Of a stretch of 64,000 nt of DNA, positions 58,337 through 64,000 are shown one piece after another. The stretch spans positions 124,001 to 188,000 of the forward strand of contig CDMY01000385.1 of assembly GCA_001179505.1 (NCBI GenBank), written 5' to 3'. This DNA comes from Vitrella brassicaformis CCMP3155. Taxonomy: Eukaryota > Protista > Chromerida. The notes under the pieces were generated by a model. That model was not told the DNA's origin. It saw nothing but the letters and a program-made list of their open reading frames with translations, and searched no databases. Position 1 is the first letter of the stretch. Each line of letters opens with the position of its first letter. The translations under genes and the position numbers were made by a program.

Positions 58337-59341
58337 TAGGGAGACAAGAGGGGAACTCAAGACGGAGGAAAGAGGTATGAAGAGGGGGGGCGGTGGGTGC
58401 GTCTGCCTGCTCACTCGTCGTCTTTGCCATTCTCTCGCTCGCCCTTCCTGTCTGTCTGTCTGGCTGGGTTGCCTCCTGTACATGTGACTGATTGGGGGTA
58501 GCATCGTTCGTTTGTGTTGTGATGTGCACCGTCCACTGAGAGCACAGCCGGCCCGCCCCACCTAGCTGGCCAATTCCCCCTAGCCCGTCCACTCACCCAC
58601 TCGCATAGCTCCCTCGCCTGACACACACCTACCTACCTCATAGATGGCAGCGGTTTTCCCCTTAGTTGCCATCAGCACAGCGTAATGAGACAGGGGATAG
58701 GTCCACCCATCCATCCATCCACCAGAGAACAGTCAATGTTGAACAGCGGATGGAAGGCAGAGAATGTACTGACTTACATAAGTGTGAAGCGACCGTTCAC
58801 ACCACACCACACGTACATAGCCAGCGGCACAGCACACGTGCATCTGTCGGCCCTTTGAGCTCTCTCTTGCGGGGTGTGTGTATCCATGCGTTTGTGTGTG
58901 TGTGCGGACTGTGTGCGTGCGGCCCATCGAGGCCCGCCTTCACGCATCCGTCCATGTCCGTGTCTCGTGGTTGTTTCCGTGCGTGGTGCGTGGATCGACT
59001 TATTACATGGCCTGACATATGCATATTGATGTAAATGGATTACTTCTATTCTCCGTCCGACATGCATAAGGTATGTGTGCTGCTAATCATATCTGCCGCT
59101 GCTCGATTCGTCCATCCATCTGTCCAACCATCCGTCCATCAATCCATCCATCAATCAATCCATCCATCTGCCGGTCAAATGGACTCACTCGCCTGTCGCA
59201 CTACACCCCACGTCCTCGCTTTGTCCCATACCAGGCTATTACCATCACAACCACAAATCCATGAGTACTGTATGAAGAAGATTGCTCAAAAACACATGGC
59301 CACAAGTCATCGAGACACCCCGCCTATCCCCCATCGCCCCG

Positions 59342-61225
59342 TCATGCAATCTGCTCATTGCTGGCCAGCTTGATACTCAGGTCCAGCCTCTTGGTCTGCA
59401 CAGCGGTGGAAGGGATGCCCGTCCCCTCGGCCCTCAGCACGCTGATCTTGACCGTCTGGCCCGGCTGCAGGTCCTCCAGCACCTGGAACAGATCACCCTC
59501 ATCGTTGATGGGCTTGTCGTCGAGCGACACAATGATGTCACCCAACTCTGACACACGCACACACACACACGAAGGTCATCAATCATTCATACACGGATGG
59601 AGGGGGCCGGCATCGCCTACACACCGATGTATCCCGCGACGCTTCTCCGGGTGCCCTTCATGCCCGCCTGGGCGGCGGGCGACTCTCTCGGCACATCGAG
59701 CACCAGCACGCCCTTGTCGATACCCAGCACACGCGCCTGGGCTGAGTTGAGTAGCGTCACGCCTATCCGCGGCCGCAGCACCCGACCGTCCCGGATGATG
59801 ACCTCAACGATGCGCTTCAGAGTGTCGACGGGGATTGCTGTGCAGCACAAGGCACGTGGAAACACATGCACACATGTGGGTGAGTGATTGGAGGCTCTTC
59901 AGTGTGTGCCTGCGTACCGAATCCAATGCCGGCGCTCGCACCAGTGGGCGACTTGATGGCCGTGTTCATGCCTGCATTCACGCAACACAAACATGGATGT
60001 ACCATGGTCAATCCCGAGCCACCCAACCCTGATGTGCCCACCGATCAGCTGCCCGGAAGTGTCGAGCAGGACTCCTCCTGAGTTGCCAGGGTTGATGGCT
60101 GCGTCTGTCTGGATCACGTTGTCGATGCGCCGGCCGTTGGGCGACCGGATCTCCCTGCCCAGGCCCGATACAACACCTGTCGTCAGGGTGTGATCCAGGC
60201 CGAACGGATTGCCTGAAAACGGTGATAAGGAACACGAACGCGTGTGCATATAAGCACTGTTGACGCGCACACGTAGCACCGACCGATAGCGAGGGCTGTT
60301 TGTCCAACACGGACCCTCATCGATTCGCCCAACGCGACGGGCCTGAGGTCCTTCGCGTCTGCCTCGATACGCAGGACGGCGATGTCCTTGTCGGGGTCAT
60401 AGCTGATAGATCAGCCCATACACGCAGACACAGACAAGTATGTAATCGCCTTGCTCTCACGTCTAGTGGCGCCTACCCAGCAACAGCAGCCTTGTACTGC
60501 ACTCTCTCGGTCTTGCCGCCCTTGGTGCTCGTCAAGGTGACGGCGGCCGACTGCGCATTCTCAATCACGTGGAAGTTAGTAACGATGTGCCCCTTCTTGT
60601 CCCACACGATGCCGCTCCCCGTGCCGGCTGGGAACTCCATAACGTTCATAGTGAATGCATCTCGCCTCGCCACAAACGTGTCGATAAAGACGACTGACGG
60701 TGTGGCATCTTCAAAGAGATTGATGACGCTCTGCTCGTCTCGCTTCAGAGGGGGGGCCGTTCCGTCAATGTAGGACACGGTGAGCAGGCTGGAGGGCTCG
60801 GCCGAGGCAGGGAGCGTTGACACGACCGATGGCACGTTTCGCTGAGAGAGGAGATCGAAGGTTGATGGGTTGAGGGGGAGGAAGAGCAGACAGAGGCTGA
60901 CGAGCGACAGCTGACAAAACGATAAAAATGCCCTTGAGGACGCCGCAAAGTCCCTCCAAGCACTCCCTCCATCATATCCCCTCCAGTCTTCGACGACTGC
61001 GTCCGCCTTCTCCTCTCCTGCTTCGTTCGCAGACTCATGCAAACACGTCAGCAGGCCTTCTCGTCTCGTGTGGATAGACAGATGCTTCCTGAGAGGTCCG
61101 CCGCCCGTCACCCGCCCTGCTGCCGGCTGGCCGAGGCCGATGAACGCTGAAGCGGAATGGGACGTCCCGGCGGATGATTGAATAACATTGAAGAACGTTA
61201 AAAGGCCGAGCAGAGCCAGCACCAT
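59342..61225 (-). CDS. DEG1: Deg/HtrA serine protease, Deg1-type (trypsin + PDZ), with plastid and probable thylakoid-lumen targeting, 6 exons
   Basis: '[20 protein letters not shown]' (His), 'DKDIAVL' (Asp), '[13 protein letters not shown]' (Ser), '[22 protein letters not shown]', PDZ '[19 protein letters not shown]'. The leader is a signal peptide followed by 'SASAF' and a later hydrophobic stretch ending 'PASA'. Confidence 0.93.
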
Positions 61226-61285
61226 CCTTCCCAGATCAGTCACTTCACCATTCACCTCTGAATCATCCGTCGAGAAATCGCGAGG

Positions 61286-63545
61286 GTGAGACGGGGGTGT
61301 CTTTCCCTTTTCGTCAAGCCAGGACAGGCGGACCGCACCGACGAGGACGAGAGGCAGGTGGGTGGATGGCTGGATGGTGCGAGCACAAACACAGCCAATA
61401 CCAACACTGTGGATGCTCTCTCTGTGTGTGTGCTGTGTATGTGTTCAGCTCGTTCGTATCTGCGGTTCCAGCATGCCTTCCAGTGTCTGCACCGCGGCTC
61501 GTTTGACACACTCGCCGTGGCCCTCGACGTCGGCCCGTCAGCGTTGCGCCGTTCGTTCGAGATGTCGCTGCTGGAAAGGCCCGCCCTCACACGAGCCGTC
61601 AAGATGACGCTCTCGCCGAACGACGTGCACGCATCTGTCGGACACGCTGAGCTCATCTGGTGGGTAAATGGACGAACGGATGGATGGCTGTGTGTGCATG
61701 GGGTCGATGGTTCCACGTGTAATTGTGTGTCAGGCGTGGGCTTCGTCGCAATGGCCGTGCCGATGCGTCCACGTCAGAGGCGCTGGCACACCTGAGGCTG
61801 TTGTTGTTCTTGAAGGTCCCCTGTTGCACCTTTCTTGTCGTTTCTGCAACGCTTTGACACGGCATGCCCGCCCCCCCACCTCTCCCGTCTCCTGGCGCCA
61901 ACGCGCCGTCTGCCGTGTCGCTCTGCACGGCTGCGGGCACTCCAGCCGCCTTCTACCCTTACCTTCACCGTCCATGTCCGCACAGAGACCTTCTACGACA
62001 TCGGTCTGCCGGTCGAGCCTCAATGCATGGCTCACCACACGCATCCGAGTGTTTTTGTGAGTCAGCTGCTCGACCGGTTTCTGTCGCGTGAGCTGCTGAG
62101 CGACTACAGAACACAGTGAGTGGCAGATACACGCCACGGACATGATGGACGGATGGAGAGTGTCAGTCGATTCACAGGGCGACGCTCATCACCGATAAGG
62201 AAGAAAAGCTCAGCAAGAAGGATCAACAGGTGGGTGAGCAGCCCAATCCTTGCACCTACATGAGCCACCTTATCTCTCTGTGTCCGTGTGTGTGTGTGCC
62301 AGATCAAAATGCTGCAACAGTGAAGCACAGTCACACATGCAGAGAGAACATCTTTGGTGTGTGGATGGATGAATGGATGGATGTGTGTGTGCAGAGAGCC
62401 CTATCAGCGGTTCGTCATCAGCGCGCACTTCGGATACGAGAGCCCTTTCAGCACCCAATTGCAAGCGACTTCGGAATCCGCGTTTTGCACTTATCGTGCG
62501 ATTGCCGCTCTCGTCATCATGCGGTTCGAGGCCTTTCTGCACATACTGCACACATGTGCGGGCACACATCAGCGGTTCAGTGCCGACAAGCGCGTGCAGA
62601 TGACGTGTTTCCGGTCCCGGCTGGAACAGGTGAGCAACCAAGCTGGCGGCCCCTCTCTACCTAAATATCTCTCTCTCTCTCTCTGTGTGTGTCTGTCTGT
62701 CTGTCTGTGTGTCGGTGTTCAGTTGGGTATGGCGGAGCAGCTGCAGCTGATACGCAGCGACGTGTTCGACGAGACGAGTGGCCATTCATTGCTCGTATTT
62801 CCTGGCGCCCATAGGGATGTGAGACTGACACACATCCCTATGCACACATCATAGTCCGCCCATCTGTCTGTCTGTCTGTCTGTGTTGCATGGACAGGTCG
62901 ACTACTCTATGATGAAGGCATTGGTCAAGGAGCTGATCGCCAAGTTGACGACATCCGTTGACGGCATAGCCGTAGCCGCCCAGGCATCCCTCTCCTTTCA
63001 GAAAGAGCGATTGATTTGCTAGGATGGGCAACGGCTGTGCTAGGCTGTGTCAAGAAGGACCTCGATGTGGCGCTGCAGGAGGACCTGACGAGCACACGGC
63101 AGGTGCGATCGATGGATGGGAAGACGTCAGTGCCTTTCGGACGAATTGCTGTCTGTCTGCCTGTGCCTACAGTTGGGATGGACGGCTGAGAAGGAGATAT
63201 ATACGGCTCACCCAAGGGAGGCCGTGTGTTCTTGGGCAACGACGCGAAGACGTACGACAACGTACGTCTACGATGAAGGATTCTGGGTGCCCTCGTCTGA
63301 GAGTAATGAGTTGCATTAATGGAATCATTCGCTCCCCCACTCACTACTCACACAAAGCTCGCTGACCGAACAGTTCTTCGACCAGAGAATAGAGGTGAGC
63401 TCACGCGTTGACGGAACTCACAGGGGTAGACAAAGGTGAACTGGGTGTCTTTTCTGTCCTTGTGTTTTGCCAACTTTTGTCAGGAGAACGTCAAGTTCGA
63501 CCGAGACCAATCTGAAAAGACCATCACGCAGCTTCAGAACATGGT
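61286..63545 (+). CDS. Multi-exon hypothetical protein (start and end uncertain; may run on beyond 63545)
   Basis: Series of coding-like segments bounded by ag/gt, e.g. 'SYLRFQHAFQCLHRGSFDTL...ELIWW', 'TETFYDIGLPVEPQCM', 'EPYQRFVISAHFGYESPF...IMRFEAFLHILHTC', 'VDYSMMKALVKELIAK', 'ENVKFDRDQSEKTITQLQNM'. No family recognised. Confidence 0.5.
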
Positions 63546-64000
63546 GAGTGGGCAGAATTTCTCTCGCTGCGCTCCATGGCTCTGCGTTGGAGGGCAGGTG
63601 GTACAGATGGTGGGTCCACGATTCGTCATCTCCACTGAGTACTTGTGTGCTTGTGTGTGTATGTGGATTGCAGTTGTGTGTGCGCAGGGACGAATATGAC
63701 ACGCAAGGCGTGTGCCTTTCTGATCGCTGCCTACATTTTATAACTGCTATGTTGGTGTGTGCATGGCTCCGCATCGACGTAACAAGACACTTCTCTCATT
63801 CAAACTTCATTGCGCACTGAACATCGTCTACATCCATTATGCCCTAAATGACCCACAGACAGGACCGGACACACACCACGGAAAACGCTTGCCGCCCAGC
63901 TCATCATGTGTGATGGCTCCAGGCAGATGGCGGACGATACGCGGTGTCTCGATACTCACATGCCTTCGGAGCCCTTGTTAGTGCGTCTCTGACATTAGAA

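Noticed and set aside
1-64000. Hundreds of short ORFs rich in CVCVCV, HTHTHT or LSLSLS
   Set aside because: They are translations of intronic (GT)n/(CA)n/(GA)n/(CTGT)n microsatellites, not proteins.

Overview
This is a eukaryotic, GC-rich, very intron-dense genomic scaffold. The introns are short and full of (GT)n/(CA)n, (CTGT)n and (GA)n microsatellites, and there are five 300-N assembly gaps. The gene content points to a photosynthetic, flagellated alveolate (chromerid, most like Vitrella); this is an inference, not a database result. Supporting genes are a flagellar dynein, signal+transit-peptide plastid proteins including a thylakoid Deg1-type protease, a RAP/helical-repeat organellar protein, and an apicomplexan-style NEDD8. 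I reconstructed about 22 spliced genes by hand: dynein heavy chain (3' part), diaminopimelate decarboxylase, a small mitochondrial-type protein, a choline transporter-like protein, NEDD8, a RAP-like protein, cytochrome b5, calcineurin B, two hypotheticals, importin-11, QCR6, SfsA, a ~50-aa helical repeat protein, a SUEL-lectin protein, an ARID protein, UTP18, a large multidomain cathepsin, TVP38/TMEM64, a hypothetical, Deg1 and a final hypothetical. The most notable items are: (1) a protein of seven 49-51-aa repeats carrying the stathmin signature KL(D/E)AAEERRK, built by exon duplication; (2) a plastid-targeted and possibly also nuclear SfsA nuclease; (3) a secreted cystatin-like/mucin/cathepsin-B/beta-prism/EGF mosaic protease; (4) a lysine-biosynthesis enzyme with a tail anchor; (5) five GC-AG introns in the dynein gene; (6) near-systematic head-to-head gene pairing. 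I recognised no rRNA, tRNA, CRISPR array or intact mobile element. Exon boundaries are manual and approximate unless stated.
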